Positions 8,588 through 18,958 are shown, numbered from the stretch's first letter. The stretch: 35,537 nucleotides of DNA from an uncultured Bacteroidota bacterium (GCA_903842515.1 CAIMMJ010000042.1:1-35537), one strand, 5' to 3'. The notes: a model not told the origin generated them from the sequence alone. Translations and numbers: made by a program.

Positions 8588-10528
8588 TTAAGCTAGTTTT
8601 TTATTCTCTTCCACTTCCAATGCAATATTTTCCCAATTTTTATATTCTTGTTCCAATTTAGATTTAAGTTGTTGGTAATTGGCAAAAAACAATTCATTGC
8701 TAGAATTTTCTAAAAACGAAGGCAAAGACATTTCTTGATCCAACAGTTTAATTTTATTCTCTATTGCGGCAATTTCTTCTTCTGTTCTTTTTAGTTTATT
8801 CTCTAATCTTTTTATCTCTTTCGCCTCTTCTTTTCTCTCGTTGTATGATTTAGTATTTTGCACTTCAACTTTAACTTCACCTGATTTCTTATCTTTTTGC
8901 TTTGCTAAATCATCAAGTGTGGATAAATTTTTATCTTTTAAAAAATCATAAATATCTCCTAAATATGGTTTTATTTTTCCCTGATTAAATTCAAATATTT
9001 TATCTGTTAGCTCGTGTAAAAAATTTCTATCGTGTGATACAATTATTATCGTACCGTTAAAATTTTTCAAGGCTTCTTTCAACATGTCTTTCGATTTCAT
9101 GTCGAGGTGATTGGTGGGCTCGTCTAAAATTAGAACGTTGTGTGGTTCTAATAAAAGCTTACACATGGCCAGTCTAGATTTTTCTCCTCCACTTAATACT
9201 TTTACTTTTTTTTCTACTTCATCGCCACCAAATAAAAATGAACCCAACAAACTTCTTACTTGTTTTCTAATTTCCCCTTCTGCAACATCATCTATTGTTG
9301 CAAAAATTGTTTTTTCCTCATCCAGCATTTCAGCTTGGTTTTGTGCATAGTAACCCACCTTTACCTGATGCCCTAAAAATATGGACCCTTGAGCTTCTAA
9401 ATTATTGGTTAGAATTTTTACAAGCGTACTTTTCCCTTGACCATTTTTCCCTACAAATGCAACTTTATCTCCACGTTCTATTTCTAAATCAATTCCGTTT
9501 AGAACCAATTTGTCGCCATAACTTTTTTTTATGTTTTCGCACCTAAGGCTAACCTTTCCGCTATGAGGAGCCGGGGGAAATTTAAAACGAATGGCTGCGT
9601 TTTCTGTGTCGTCTAATTCTACAATATCTAGGCGGTCTAATTTTTTTATTAAGCTTTGTGCAAAGGCAGCCTTACTTGCTTTTGCTCTGTATTTATTTAT
9701 TAAGGCTTCTGTTTGCTCTATGTATTTTTCTTGGTTTTTTTGTTCGTTCTTTTGTTGCTCAATTCTCTCTTGCCTTAGCTGTACAAACTTAGAATAGTTT
9801 GCTTTGTAATCGTAAATTTTTCCGCTTACAATTTCTATGGATCGATTTGTTACCCTATCTAAAAAATCTCTGTCGTGCGATACCATCAACAAGCCACCTG
9901 TATAGCCCTGCAAGAAGTTTTCGAGCCATTGAATACTTTCTATATCTAAATGGTTAGTAGGCTCATCCAATAATATAAGAGAAGGTTTTTTTAGTAGAAT
10001 TTTTGCCAGCTCAATCCTCATTCTCCAGCCACCGCTAAATTCTAAAGTCTGTCTTTCAAAGTCTTCACGAGTGAATCCCAAACCCATTAAAATTTTTTCG
10101 GTTTCCGATGCAAAACTGTAACCTCCTATCATGCCAAATCGTTCGTTGGCATCGTTTAGTTGATTTAGAATGGATAAATATTCATCAGATTCGTAATCCT
10201 CTCTTGTAGTAACTAAATGCTCTAAATTTTTTATTTTTTGTTCCAGCTCATTTATTTCTTTAAAGGCCGAAACGGCTTCTTCAAAAACAGTTTTGCCGTC
10301 TACGTGCTTCATTTCCTGGGCTAAATAACCTATTGTAAATTCTTTGGGGAATGAAATTGTGCCGGTATAAGATTTGTTTTCTCCTGCAATAATTTTTAAG
10401 AGAGTAGATTTTCCTGCTCCGTTTTTTCCTACCAAACCAATTCTATCGGAACTTTGAACCAAAAAAGAAACATCGTCAAATAAATCCTTTCCACCAAAGG
10501 AAACACCTAAATTTTGTATTGAAATCAT
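8588..10528 (-). CDS. ABC-F family ATPase (two ABC cassettes, no TM domain, K/E-rich coiled-coil C-terminus; Uup/YheS-like)
   Basis: Two Walker A motifs (GKNGAGKST, GKNGQGKST), two LSGG signatures (FSGGWRMR, LSGGEKSR), two Walker B motifs (LLDEPTNHLD, ILDEPTNHLD), and an inter-domain linker. Confidence 0.9.
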   Translation of the reverse strand: MISIQNLGVSFGGKDLFDDVSFLVQSSDRIGLVGKNGAGKSTLLKIIAGENKSYTGTISFPKEFTIGYLAQEMKHVDGKTVFEEAVSAFKEINELEQKIKNLEHLVTTREDYESDEYLSILNQLNDANERFGMIGGYSFASETEKILMGLGFTREDFERQTLEFSGGWRMRIELAKILLKKPSLILLDEPTNHLDIESIQWLENFLQGYTGGLLMVSHDRDFLDRVTNRSIEIVSGKIYDYKANYSKFVQLRQERIEQQKNEQKNQEKYIEQTEALINKYRAKASKAAFAQSLIKKLDRLDIVELDDTENAAIRFKFPPAPHSGKVSLRCENIKKSYGDKLVLNGIDLEIERGDKVAFVGKNGQGKSTLVKILTNNLEAQGSIFLGHQVKVGYYAQNQAEMLDEEKTIFATIDDVAEGEIRKQVRSLLGSFLFGGDEVEKKVKVLSGGEKSRLAMCKLLLEPHNVLILDEPTNHLDMKSKDMLKEALKNFNGTIIIVSHDRNFLHELTDKIFEFNQGKIKPYLGDIYDFLKDKNLSTLDDLAKQKDKKSGEVKVEVQNTKSYNERKEEAKEIKRLENKLKRTEEEIAAIENKIKLLDQEMSLPSFLENSSNELFFANYQQLKSKLEQEYKNWENIALEVEENKKLA

Positions 10529-10630
10529 ACCACAAAAGTAAGTTGTATAATTTAAAAGAAGAATTAAATAATTTTAATATCGGATAAATATATTTTGAGG
10601 TTTTAACGATTTTAATAAAAAGATGTATAT

Positions 10631-11617
10631 TTGGGGGTGGAATGGAAAACAAACAACTATAATTTTGATGGCTTAGAAGTTTATTTAAATAGAATTCAAG
10701 AAAAAAAGATTCTATTAGATAAGCACAGGCCAATTCCTGCAATAGCGCTAAAAAAAATAAAAGAAAGTTTATCGCTAGAATGGACATATAACTCTAATAG
10801 CATAGAGGGCAATACACTTACACTAAGAGAAACCAAAATGGTTATTGAAGAAGGGTTTACGATAAAAGGTAAATCTCTTAGAGAACACTTTGAAGCAGTG
10901 AATCACCAAGAAGCAATAGAATATGTAGAACAATTAACAAATGAAAAATACCAGCTAAAAAGTAAAGATATTTTAGAAGTCCATTCCTTAGTTTTAAACA
11001 AAATTGAAAAAGATTTCGCAGGCAGATTTAGAACATCAGGAGTTAGAATTTCGGGGGCAAATTTTGTTCCACCAAATGCACTAAAGGTTTCTTTATTAAT
11101 TGACGAATTAATAGAATGGGTAAACAAAGAGTCTAAAAAATTGCATCCAATAATTAGAGCAACTATCTTTCACCACAGGTTTGTGCATATTCACCCATTC
11201 TTTGATGGAAATGGCAGAACAGTAAGGCTAGTTTTTAATTTATTGTTGATGAAAGAAGGTTATCCGCCTGCAATTATTTTAAAAACCGATAGAAAAAAAT
11301 ACTACGATGCATTAAACAAAGCAAACAATGGAGATTACTCAAAATTGCTTTTACTGGTTATTCAGGCAGTAGAAAGAAGCTTAGATATTTACTGTAGTAG
11401 TTTAGATAATACCTACGATAATTATATGCCAATACAAAACATTGTAGAAGAGTTGGATGTTCCGTATGGGCAAGAATACATCAGTCTTTTAGCGAGAACA
11501 GGAAAAATTGATGCTTTTAAAGAAGGAAGAAATTGGCTTACTTCAAAAGAAGCTGTTTTTAATTATATGAACAAACGTCCTAAAAAAAGAAGAAGCAAGT
11601 TTGACGTAATAAAATAA
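10631..11617 (+). CDS. Fic-domain protein (class II, intramolecular inhibitory helix) with a C-terminal HTH-like tail
   Basis: Fic motif HPFFDGNGRTVR. An N-terminal inhibitory (S/T)xxxE(G/N) motif is present as SNSIEG. The start is uncertain (TTG 10631 or GTG 10637; no early ATG). Confidence 0.85.
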   Translation: MGVEWKTNNYNFDGLEVYLNRIQEKKILLDKHRPIPAIALKKIKESLSLEWTYNSNSIEGNTLTLRETKMVIEEGFTIKGKSLREHFEAVNHQEAIEYVEQLTNEKYQLKSKDILEVHSLVLNKIEKDFAGRFRTSGVRISGANFVPPNALKVSLLIDELIEWVNKESKKLHPIIRATIFHHRFVHIHPFFDGNGRTVRLVFNLLLMKEGYPPAIILKTDRKKYYDALNKANNGDYSKLLLLVIQAVERSLDIYCSSLDNTYDNYMPIQNIVEELDVPYGQEYISLLARTGKIDAFKEGRNWLTSKEAVFNYMNKRPKKRRSKFDVIK

Positions 11618-11767
11618 ACTTATTTTAAACTCAATAATAAATCTTAAAGTAGGAGAAATACTAGAGGGATAAAAATGCAATACTCTAAAAATAGTATAAA
11701 TTTAATCTCAAGTGATTATAAATACAATAGTAGCGTAGCTTGAAGGTATTTTATTCAATTTAATAAA

Positions 11768-13873
11768 CTACTTTCTTTTTACTTTTAAAAGCAAAGAATT
11801 ACCAATAACTATTACATCGCTAAAGGCCATGGAAAAAGCTGCAAGCATTGGGCTTATACCTCCACCTGCAGCAATAGGAATTGCAACAATGTTGTATAAA
11901 AATGCCCAAAATAAATTTTGTTTTATGGTATTGTAGCTAAGCATAGAAAGTTCAAAAGCTTCTTCTATTCCCTTTAATTTGTTGTTCTTTAGCACAACCA
12001 CTTGTGCTGAATTAATAGCCGAGGCGTTTGCATCGGAAAGAGAAATGCCTACGTTAGCTAAAGATAAGGCCGGAGCATCGTTAATTCCATCTCCAATCAT
12101 AGCAACGTTGGCGGATGTACGAAGTTTTTGTATTTCTATTAATTTTTGTTCGGGTTTTGTTTCATAGTAAACTTCATCAAAATTATATTTTACAGCAAAA
12201 CTTTCTACCCTATTTTTTTTGTCACCACTCATCAAAACAACTTTTTTGTTTTTGCTTTTTAAGTAAGTCAACATTTCTTCAATACCTTCTCTTGTTTGGT
12301 CTTCTATAAAAAGTGTTGCAATTAATTCTTGGTTTTTATACAGACTTACTACTTTAAATAATTCAGAATCTTCTCCTGCAATGAGCTTGTAAATAGTTGA
12401 TTCAAAATTTGCCTCCACACCTAAGCCAGCAAACTCTTTGTAATCGTCTATTTTTAATATACTACAAGTAGATTCTAATTCTTGCTTTAGCGAAATTGCG
12501 ATGGGATGACTAGAGAAACTTTCTAAGGTATAAATGATGTTTTTTACAAATTGTTCATCCTGCTTTTCATCAATAGAAATCTTGTTTAATTTAAATTTTC
12601 CTGTTGTGAGTGTTCCTGTTTTGTCAAAAACAACAGTATCAATTTTTGCTAATGCCTCTAATGTATTTCCGCCTTTTATTAGCAATCCTTTTTTTGTTGC
12701 CAAACCCACTCCAACCATAACAGCAGTAGGCGTTGCCAAACCCATTGCACAGGGGCAAGAAATAACCAAAACCGCTATGCTTCTCAAAAAAGATTCAATT
12801 AAACTATGGGTGATAAAATAATTGATTGGAAATGCTATGATAGAAATTGCAACAACACCCAATACAAAATATCCGCTTACTACATCGCCTATTTTTTGAA
12901 TCTCTGGCTTTGAACTATTGGCATCTTTTACCAATTTTATTATTCCTGAAAGCACTGTTTTGTCTCCTTTTGTTTCTGCTCTTAATTTTAGGGTACCACT
13001 TTGTAAAATTGTACCACCAAAAACTTTGCTTCCAAGCGATTTATCAAGAGGGAAAGATTCTCCAGAAATCATTGATTCATCCACTGTACCACTTCCTTCA
13101 TACACTTCTCCATCGGCAGGAATTTTATCTCCGGACGGAACTAATAATAAGTCGAATTTATTTACTTCGTCAATGCTAATTTCGTTGATTATTTCTCTTC
13201 CAAATTGAAGCGAAATTCTTTTTGCTGTTTTAGGTAATTGTCCAACTAAATCTTTTAGAGAATTTGTTGTCTCAAAAACTGCTTTTTGCTCAATAAGCTG
13301 CCCTAGCAATACAAAACAAACAATGGATGATGCTGTTTCAAAAAATAATTTATGATGCAAATGTGGGTCATCAAAAAAATAAATCATCGAAAACAAACTG
13401 TAGAAAAAAGCCGAAGATGAACCAATTAATATTAAAACGTCCATATTGGGATGTTTCATTTTTAGAGAAGAAACAGCACTTCTTCCAAAATGTATTACAC
13501 CCAAAGAAAAAACTGGAAATGATAAAAAGAGTTGAAAAAAAGAATTTTCAAGAAAAGAAATTCCAGTAAAAAAATGTCCAAACAACAAAGGTGTTGTAAG
13601 AATGAGAGAAAAAATAAATTTTTGAGTAATTGTAATTTCTTTTTTTAAATTTTTGGCATCTTGAACTTTGTATCCGAGCTTATTAATTCCAGTAATAATA
13701 GATTCTAATTTCTGTTGTTCTACCTCCTCAAAAACAACTTCCCCCGTTAGGAATTCTACACGAGGATTTTGTACTTGCTCTTTTATTAAAAAATTGGAAA
13801 CTGTTTTTGCACAATCCATGCAAGTCATTCCTGTAACTTTTAGTACTTGTGTTTTTCTTTCTTCTCTTTCCAT
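11768..13873 (-). CDS. copA: Heavy-metal (Cu+/Ag+-type) translocating P1B-type ATPase
   Basis: N-terminal HMA domain GMTCMDCAKTV, CPC transmembrane metal site (SCPCAMGLATP), DKTGTLT phosphorylation site, SSHPIA and GDGINDAP motifs. Confidence 0.9.
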   Translation of the reverse strand: MEREERKTQVLKVTGMTCMDCAKTVSNFLIKEQVQNPRVEFLTGEVVFEEVEQQKLESIITGINKLGYKVQDAKNLKKEITITQKFIFSLILTTPLLFGHFFTGISFLENSFFQLFLSFPVFSLGVIHFGRSAVSSLKMKHPNMDVLILIGSSSAFFYSLFSMIYFFDDPHLHHKLFFETASSIVCFVLLGQLIEQKAVFETTNSLKDLVGQLPKTAKRISLQFGREIINEISIDEVNKFDLLLVPSGDKIPADGEVYEGSGTVDESMISGESFPLDKSLGSKVFGGTILQSGTLKLRAETKGDKTVLSGIIKLVKDANSSKPEIQKIGDVVSGYFVLGVVAISIIAFPINYFITHSLIESFLRSIAVLVISCPCAMGLATPTAVMVGVGLATKKGLLIKGGNTLEALAKIDTVVFDKTGTLTTGKFKLNKISIDEKQDEQFVKNIIYTLESFSSHPIAISLKQELESTCSILKIDDYKEFAGLGVEANFESTIYKLIAGEDSELFKVVSLYKNQELIATLFIEDQTREGIEEMLTYLKSKNKKVVLMSGDKKNRVESFAVKYNFDEVYYETKPEQKLIEIQKLRTSANVAMIGDGINDAPALSLANVGISLSDANASAINSAQVVVLKNNKLKGIEEAFELSMLSYNTIKQNLFWAFLYNIVAIPIAAGGGISPMLAAFSMAFSDVIVIGNSLLLKVKRK

Positions 13874-13875
13874 TT

Positions 13876-14418
13876 CTAAATTTTATCTCTCATGTATTCC
13901 CAAAGAACTATGCCAACAGAAACCGAAACATTTAAAGAATGTTTTGCACCTATTTGTGGAATTTCTATAACATTGTGGCAGATCTCAATAATATTTTGGT
14001 CTACGCCGTTTACTTCGTTTCCAAAAACTAGGACGATAGGTGTAGTTTGTATGTTAAACATGTTCTGCAACATTTTGCTGTTTGTGGTTTGCTCTACAGC
14101 AAAAATTTTTACGCCAGAATTCTTTAACTCTGAAACCAATTCAGTAGCGCTTTTGTGGTATTCCCAATCTACGGAAAGTTCGGCACCAAGTGCAGTTTTG
14201 TGAATTTCTCTATCGGGAGGTGTGCCTGTGATGCCGCAAAGAAATAATTTTTTAATTCCAAAAGCATCAGAGGTTCTAAAGGTAGAGCCCACGTTGTGCA
14301 GGCTTCTTACGTTGTCTAAAACAATATAAACTTCTTGTTTTTTTTTATTTTTTACTTCTTCAATCGATGGTCTGTTGAGTTCTGAGAGCGATAATTTTTT
14401 ATTTGTAAGTAAATTCAT
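13876..14418 (-). CDS. SpoU/TrmH-family RNA 2'-O-methyltransferase
   Basis: SPOUT motifs NVGSTFRTSDAFG, LVFGNEVNGV and IEIPQIGAKHSLNVSVSVGIVLWE. Confidence 0.85.
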   Translation of the reverse strand: MNLLTNKKLSLSELNRPSIEEVKNKKKQEVYIVLDNVRSLHNVGSTFRTSDAFGIKKLFLCGITGTPPDREIHKTALGAELSVDWEYHKSATELVSELKNSGVKIFAVEQTTNSKMLQNMFNIQTTPIVLVFGNEVNGVDQNIIEICHNVIEIPQIGAKHSLNVSVSVGIVLWEYMRDKI

Positions 14419-14474
14419 TTCAAACTAAAAATATATTTTCTTACAAAGGTTAACATTTTTATTTTGAAAATTAG

Positions 14475-14546
14475 TAGTCTCGACGAGAATCGAACTCATA
14501 TCAAAAGTTTAGGATACTTCTATTCTATCCATTGAACTACGAGACC
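14475..14546 (-). tRNA. tRNA-Arg (anticodon CCU)
   Basis: The reverse complement GGTCTCGTAGTTCAATGGATAGAATAGAAGTATCCTAAACTTTTGATATGAGTTCGATTCTCGTCGAGACTA folds as a cloverleaf. It has a 7-bp acceptor stem, a GTTC/GAAT D stem, a GAAGT/ACTTT anticodon stem with loop A-T-CCT-A-A, and an ATGAG/CTCGT T stem with a TTCGATT loop. CCA is not encoded. Confidence 0.85.
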
Positions 14547-14567
14547 ATATTTTATTTTAAAGAACTT

Positions 14568-16610
14568 TTATTTTACTGCAGAACCTTCTTCTGTTTCTTG
14601 TTTTGTAGGACTAACAAACGACAATTCTCCTTTTGAATTTTCTGCCATTAATATCATTCCATGCGATTCTATCCCTTTAATTTTTCGTGGTGCTAAATTA
14701 ACTAAAATAATTACTTTTTGACCTACAATTTTTTCGGGCTCATAAAACGCTGCAATTCCTGATACTACTGTTCTTGTATCTATTCCTGTATCAATTTTTA
14801 AGTGAAGTAATTTGTCGGTTTTTGGAACTTTTTGTGCTTCTACTATTTTGCCCACTCTTATGTCCATCTTTTGAAAATCGTCGAAGCTAATTTCGGGCTT
14901 GGGTTCCGCAATTTTAGCACCTGTAGTTTCGTTACTTTTTTTCTTGTTTATAAGTTTTGAAACTTGCAATTCTATTGTGGCATCCTCTACTTTTTGGAAC
15001 AATAAAAATCCTTCATTAATTTTTGTTCCACTTTTTAAATTATTGAGTTGACTTGCTCTCTCCCATTCCATTTTTTCTGAGCCAAGCATTTCTATAATCT
15101 TGTTTGCTGTAAAAGGTAAAAATGGTTCCATTACAATGGATAAATTTTGACAGATCTGTAAACACAAATTAATAATAACGTTTACTCTTGTTGGCTCTGT
15201 TTTTATTAATTTCCAAGGCTCTGTTTCGGCCAAAAATTTGTTGCCAATTCTTGCTAAATTCATTAGCTCGGCAAGGGCTTCTCTAAAACGAAATGCTTCT
15301 ATGGCAATAGATATTTTATCAGGCATCTTGCATACTTCTTCCATCAATAAAATATCTTCTTTGGTATATTGATCTACTTCGGGAATATTCCCTTCAAAAA
15401 ATTTATGAGTAAGAACAACTGTTCGGTTTACAAAATTTCCTAGAATGGCCACCAACTCATTGTTTACTCTTGCCTGAAAATCTTTCCAAGTAAATTCACT
15501 GTCTTTGGTTTCGGGTAAAATGGAAGTAAGGTAAAATCTTAATTCGTCTTGTTTGTTTGGAAATTCGTGCAAATATTCATGCATTTCTATGCTCCAATGC
15601 CTGCTTGTACTCATTTTATCTCCCTCTAAATTCATAAACTCATTTGCAGGAACATTGGTGGGTAAAATAAATTCTCCGTGAGCCATTAGCATTAAGGGAA
15701 AGGTTATGCAGTGAAAAACAATATTGTCTTTTCCAATGAAATGAATTAAGCTGGTTTCTTTGTCTTTCCAATACAATTCCCAATTTTTTCCATTGTCTAA
15801 AGCCCATTGTTTTGTGGCCGAAATATACCCTATTGGTGCATCAAACCACACGTACAACACTTTCCCTTTTCCGTTTTGCAATGGCACTTCTACTCCCCAA
15901 TCTAAATCACGTGTCATTGCTCTTGGTCTTAAACCATCGTTTATCCACGATTTGCATTGCCCGTAAACAGTGGGCTTCCAATCTTTGTTACTTTCTATAA
16001 ATGCATCAATATCTGCCTGCATTTCATCCATTGGTAAAAACCAGTTTGTGGTTTTCTTTAAAATTGGAGCTAAGCCTGTGAGCACTGATATGGGATTTAT
16101 AAGTTCTGTTGGAGTTAAATCGCTTCCACATCTTTCGCATTGATCTCCAAATGCATTGGGGTTTGAACATTTTGGGCAAGTACCTTTTATGTATCTGTCT
16201 GCTAAAAATTTTTGTGCTTTTTCATCGTAATATTGCTCTGTTTCTTGCTCTACCAATTTTCCTTTTTCGTACATTTTTAAAAAGAAATCTTGAGCTGTTT
16301 TGTGGTGTATAGCCGAACTTGTTCTGTGAAAAATATCAAAAGAAATACCCAATTGCTCAAAACTATTCTTATTTAGGGCATGGTATTTATCAATTATTTG
16401 TTGTGGTGTGGTGTTTTCGCTTACTGCTTGGTTAGCAATGGCGGTTCCATGTTCGTCGCTTCCGCAAACAAAAACAACATCTTTCTTTTTGCTTCTTAAA
16501 TACCTTACGTAAATGTCGGCTGGCAAATATGCTCCCGCCAGATGTCCAATGTGTTTAGGTCCATTGGCATAGGGCAAAGCGGCCGTTATTGTGTGTCTTT
16601 TTGGGGTCAA
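14568..16610 (-). CDS. metG: Methionyl-tRNA synthetase with a C-terminal tRNA-binding (EMAP/Trbp111-like) domain
   Basis: HIGH motif (PKHIGHLAG), KMSKS variant (KMSTSRH), Zn knuckle (CPKCSNPNAFGDQCERCG), C-terminal FQKMDIRVGKIVEAQ OB-fold. TTG start at 16610. Confidence 0.95.
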   Translation of the reverse strand: MTPKRHTITAALPYANGPKHIGHLAGAYLPADIYVRYLRSKKKDVVFVCGSDEHGTAIANQAVSENTTPQQIIDKYHALNKNSFEQLGISFDIFHRTSSAIHHKTAQDFFLKMYEKGKLVEQETEQYYDEKAQKFLADRYIKGTCPKCSNPNAFGDQCERCGSDLTPTELINPISVLTGLAPILKKTTNWFLPMDEMQADIDAFIESNKDWKPTVYGQCKSWINDGLRPRAMTRDLDWGVEVPLQNGKGKVLYVWFDAPIGYISATKQWALDNGKNWELYWKDKETSLIHFIGKDNIVFHCITFPLMLMAHGEFILPTNVPANEFMNLEGDKMSTSRHWSIEMHEYLHEFPNKQDELRFYLTSILPETKDSEFTWKDFQARVNNELVAILGNFVNRTVVLTHKFFEGNIPEVDQYTKEDILLMEEVCKMPDKISIAIEAFRFREALAELMNLARIGNKFLAETEPWKLIKTEPTRVNVIINLCLQICQNLSIVMEPFLPFTANKIIEMLGSEKMEWERASQLNNLKSGTKINEGFLLFQKVEDATIELQVSKLINKKKSNETTGAKIAEPKPEISFDDFQKMDIRVGKIVEAQKVPKTDKLLHLKIDTGIDTRTVVSGIAAFYEPEKIVGQKVIILVNLAPRKIKGIESHGMILMAENSKGELSFVSPTKQETEEGSAVK

Positions 16611-16742
16611 TTTTTTGGTTCTTTAAAGGTGCAAACTTCCTCAAAATAGTTTAAACTTCCCAATAAATGCTATTAATATTCGCAAAAGCATCCACATTAA
16701 AATTAAAATTTGAAAAGAACAAACTCAAAACAATTATCTTTT

Positions 16743-16750
16743 TATCTTTG
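16743..16750 (+). promoter_or_regulatory. Candidate Bacteroidota -7 promoter box (TAnnTTTG) for prfB
   Basis: tatctttg ends 5 nt before the prfB ATG, which would imply a leaderless or near-leaderless mRNA. This is a motif match only. Confidence 0.25.
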
Positions 16751-16755
16751 CCAAC

Positions 16756-17875
16756 ATGAGTATTACAATAGAGCAAATAAAAGCTCTAAGTTCCAGAAAA
16801 GAGGAACTGAGGAGGCATCTTTGACGTAGATTACCAGCTACGTCAAATAGAAGAAGAGGAAGAAAAAACATTGGCACCAGGCTTTTGGGACGACCCTAAG
16901 AAAGCCGAATTGGTGATGAAAGCAATAAGAGAAAAAAAGCAATGGACAGATTCGTTTAAAAACGTTTCTAAAAGTTGTGATGACCTTGAAGTTGTTTTTG
17001 AGTTCTTTATTTCTGGTGATGTAAGTGAAGAGGAATTGCAAGTGCAGTTTTTAACTACAGAAAAAGTTCTAGAAGACCTTGAGTTTAAGAATATGCTCAG
17101 TGGTAAAGAAGATTCATTAAGTGCTATTCTTACCATAAACTCTGGGGCCGGTGGCACCGAAAGTTGCGATTGGGCTTCAATGCTAATGAGAATGTATATG
17201 ATGTGGGCAGAAAAGCATGGATTTAAAATTACTGAAGAAGACTTTCAGGAAGGCGATGTGGCAGGAATAAAATCTGTTACACTGCAAATAGAAGGGCCCT
17301 TTGCCTATGGTTATTTAAAAGGTGAAAGTGGCGTTCATCGTTTGGTAAGAATTTCTCCATTTGATGCAAATGCCAAACGACACACTTCATTTGCATCTGT
17401 TTATGCCTATCCCCTGATAGACGATACTATAAACATAGAGATAAATCCTGCAGACATAGAATGGGATACTTTTAGATCGGGAGGCGCAGGAGGCCAAAAC
17501 GTTAACAAAGTAGAAACGGCAGTAAGGGTAACGCACAAGCCTTCTGGTATTATTATCAAAAACCAAGAATCAAGGTCTCAATTGCAGAACAAAGAAAAAG
17601 CCTTGCAATTGCTAAAATCTCAGTTGTATGAATTGGAGATGAGGAAAAGACAAGAATCTATTGATGCAATTGAAGGTTCAAAAATGAAAATTGAATGGGG
17701 TTCGCAAATAAGAAACTATGTGTTGCATCCCTATAAATTGATAAAAGATGTAAGAACAGGCTACGAAACCTCCAATACACAAGGGGTTTTAGATGGAGAT
17801 TTAGACGAGTTTATCAAATCTTTTTTAATGGAATACGGAAAAGCTAAAGAAAATAAAAAAACAAATTTTATATGA
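16756..17875 (+). CDS. prfB: Peptide chain release factor 2, expressed by programmed +1 frameshift: join(16756..16821,16823..17875)
   Basis: Frame 0 reads [22 protein letters not shown] and then hits TGA at 16822-16824. The +1 frame continues [28 protein letters not shown]... and carries the SPF tripeptide (RISPFDA) and GGQ ([13 protein letters not shown]). The ORF track shows only the downstream frame from 16871. Confidence 0.95.
16809..16847 (+). promoter_or_regulatory. prfB recoding site: internal SD-like GAGGAGG, a 3-nt spacer, CUU UGA C, and an overlapping hairpin
   Basis: GAGGAGG (16809-16815), CAT, then CTT TGA C (16819-16825). The layout matches the E. coli prfB shift site. A perfect 10-bp stem (16820-16829 with 16838-16847) and an 8-nt loop enclose the UGA. 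Confidence 0.85.
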
Positions 17876-18957
17876 ACTATAAAAAAATATTAATCACTGG
17901 AGGCGCCGGATTTATAGGTTCTCATGTGGTAAGACGATTTATTAAAAATTATCCAAATTGTAAAATAGTAAATTTAGATGCTCTAACTTATGCAGGAAAT
18001 CTATTAAATATTTCGGATGTAGAACACAGCGAAAATTACAGCTTTGTAAAAGGAGATATTGTTGACGGTGATTTTATTTTTAAACTTTTTGAAAAAGAAC
18101 AATTTGATGCCGTAATTCATTTAGCAGCAGAATCGCATGTGGATAGATCTATTGCAAATCCGATGGATTTTATCTTAACAAATGTTGTTGGCACAGTTAA
18201 TCTTTTAAATGCTGCCAAACACATTTGGAAATTAGACAAAGAAGGATTTTCTAATAAGTTGTTTTATCATGTATCTACTGATGAAGTGTACGGTTCTTTG
18301 GGTGAAACAGGTATGTTTTTAGAAACTACCTCATACGACCCTAGAAGTCCATATTCTGCATCAAAAGCAAGCTCTGATCATTTTGTTAGAGCTTATCATC
18401 ATACGTATGGAATTCCGGTAATTATTTCTAACTGTTCTAACAATTACGGTTCTCATCAATTTCCAGAAAAACTAATTCCTTTGTTTATTCACAACATAAA
18501 AAACAATAAACCATTGCCTGTTTACGGCAAAGGAGAAAATGTAAGAGATTGGTTGTGGGTAGATGATCATGCAAGAGCCATTGAGGTAATTTTTAACTCA
18601 AATAAGATTGGCGAAACATACAATATTGGCGGTCATAACGAGTGGAAAAACATTGACCTTATTAAAGTAATGTGTAAGGTAATGGACAGAAAATTGGGAA
18701 GAGCTGAAGGTGATTCTGAAAAGCTAATTACTTATGTGCAAGACCGTGCAGGGCATGATATGAGGTATGCCATTGACTCTACAAAACTTCAAAACGATTT
18801 GGGTTGGAAACCATCGTTACAATTTGAAGAAGGAATTGAAAAAACAATAGACTGGTATTTGGCCAACGAAAAATGGCTAGAGAATGTAACCAGCGGAGAA
18901 TATTTAAAATATTACGAAACTCAATACGGACAGAGGAGTTCGGCTAATACTATATAA
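17872..18957 (+). CDS. rfbB: dTDP-glucose 4,6-dehydratase
   Basis: [11 protein letters not shown] Rossmann motif, STDEVYG, and the [10 protein letters not shown] catalytic YxxxK. It overlaps the prfB stop by 4 nt (ATGA). Confidence 0.9.
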   Translation: MNYKKILITGGAGFIGSHVVRRFIKNYPNCKIVNLDALTYAGNLLNISDVEHSENYSFVKGDIVDGDFIFKLFEKEQFDAVIHLAAESHVDRSIANPMDFILTNVVGTVNLLNAAKHIWKLDKEGFSNKLFYHVSTDEVYGSLGETGMFLETTSYDPRSPYSASKASSDHFVRAYHHTYGIPVIISNCSNNYGSHQFPEKLIPLFIHNIKNNKPLPVYGKGENVRDWLWVDDHARAIEVIFNSNKIGETYNIGGHNEWKNIDLIKVMCKVMDRKLGRAEGDSEKLITYVQDRAGHDMRYAIDSTKLQNDLGWKPSLQFEEGIEKTIDWYLANEKWLENVTSGEYLKYYETQYGQRSSANTI

Positions 18958-18958
18958 T

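Noticed and set aside
10476-10787. 103-aa minus-strand ORF spanning the ABC-F / Fic divergent promoter region.
   Set aside because: It overlaps the 5' ends of both well-supported genes, its sequence is hydrophobic and low-complexity, and it has no motif. It is most likely a spurious ORF.
14419-14567. tRNA-Arg(CCU) as an integration hotspot for a genomic island.
   Set aside because: There is no integrase, no duplicated tRNA 3'-end direct repeat, and the flanking genes (trmH, metG) are housekeeping.
16871-17875. Treating the 334-aa ORF with a TTG start as the complete RF2 gene.
   Set aside because: The upstream ATG at 16756, the 22-codon frame-0 leader ending in CUU UGA C with an SD-like element, and the continuous +1 frame show this is the classical frameshifted prfB. 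The TTG is just an internal Leu codon.
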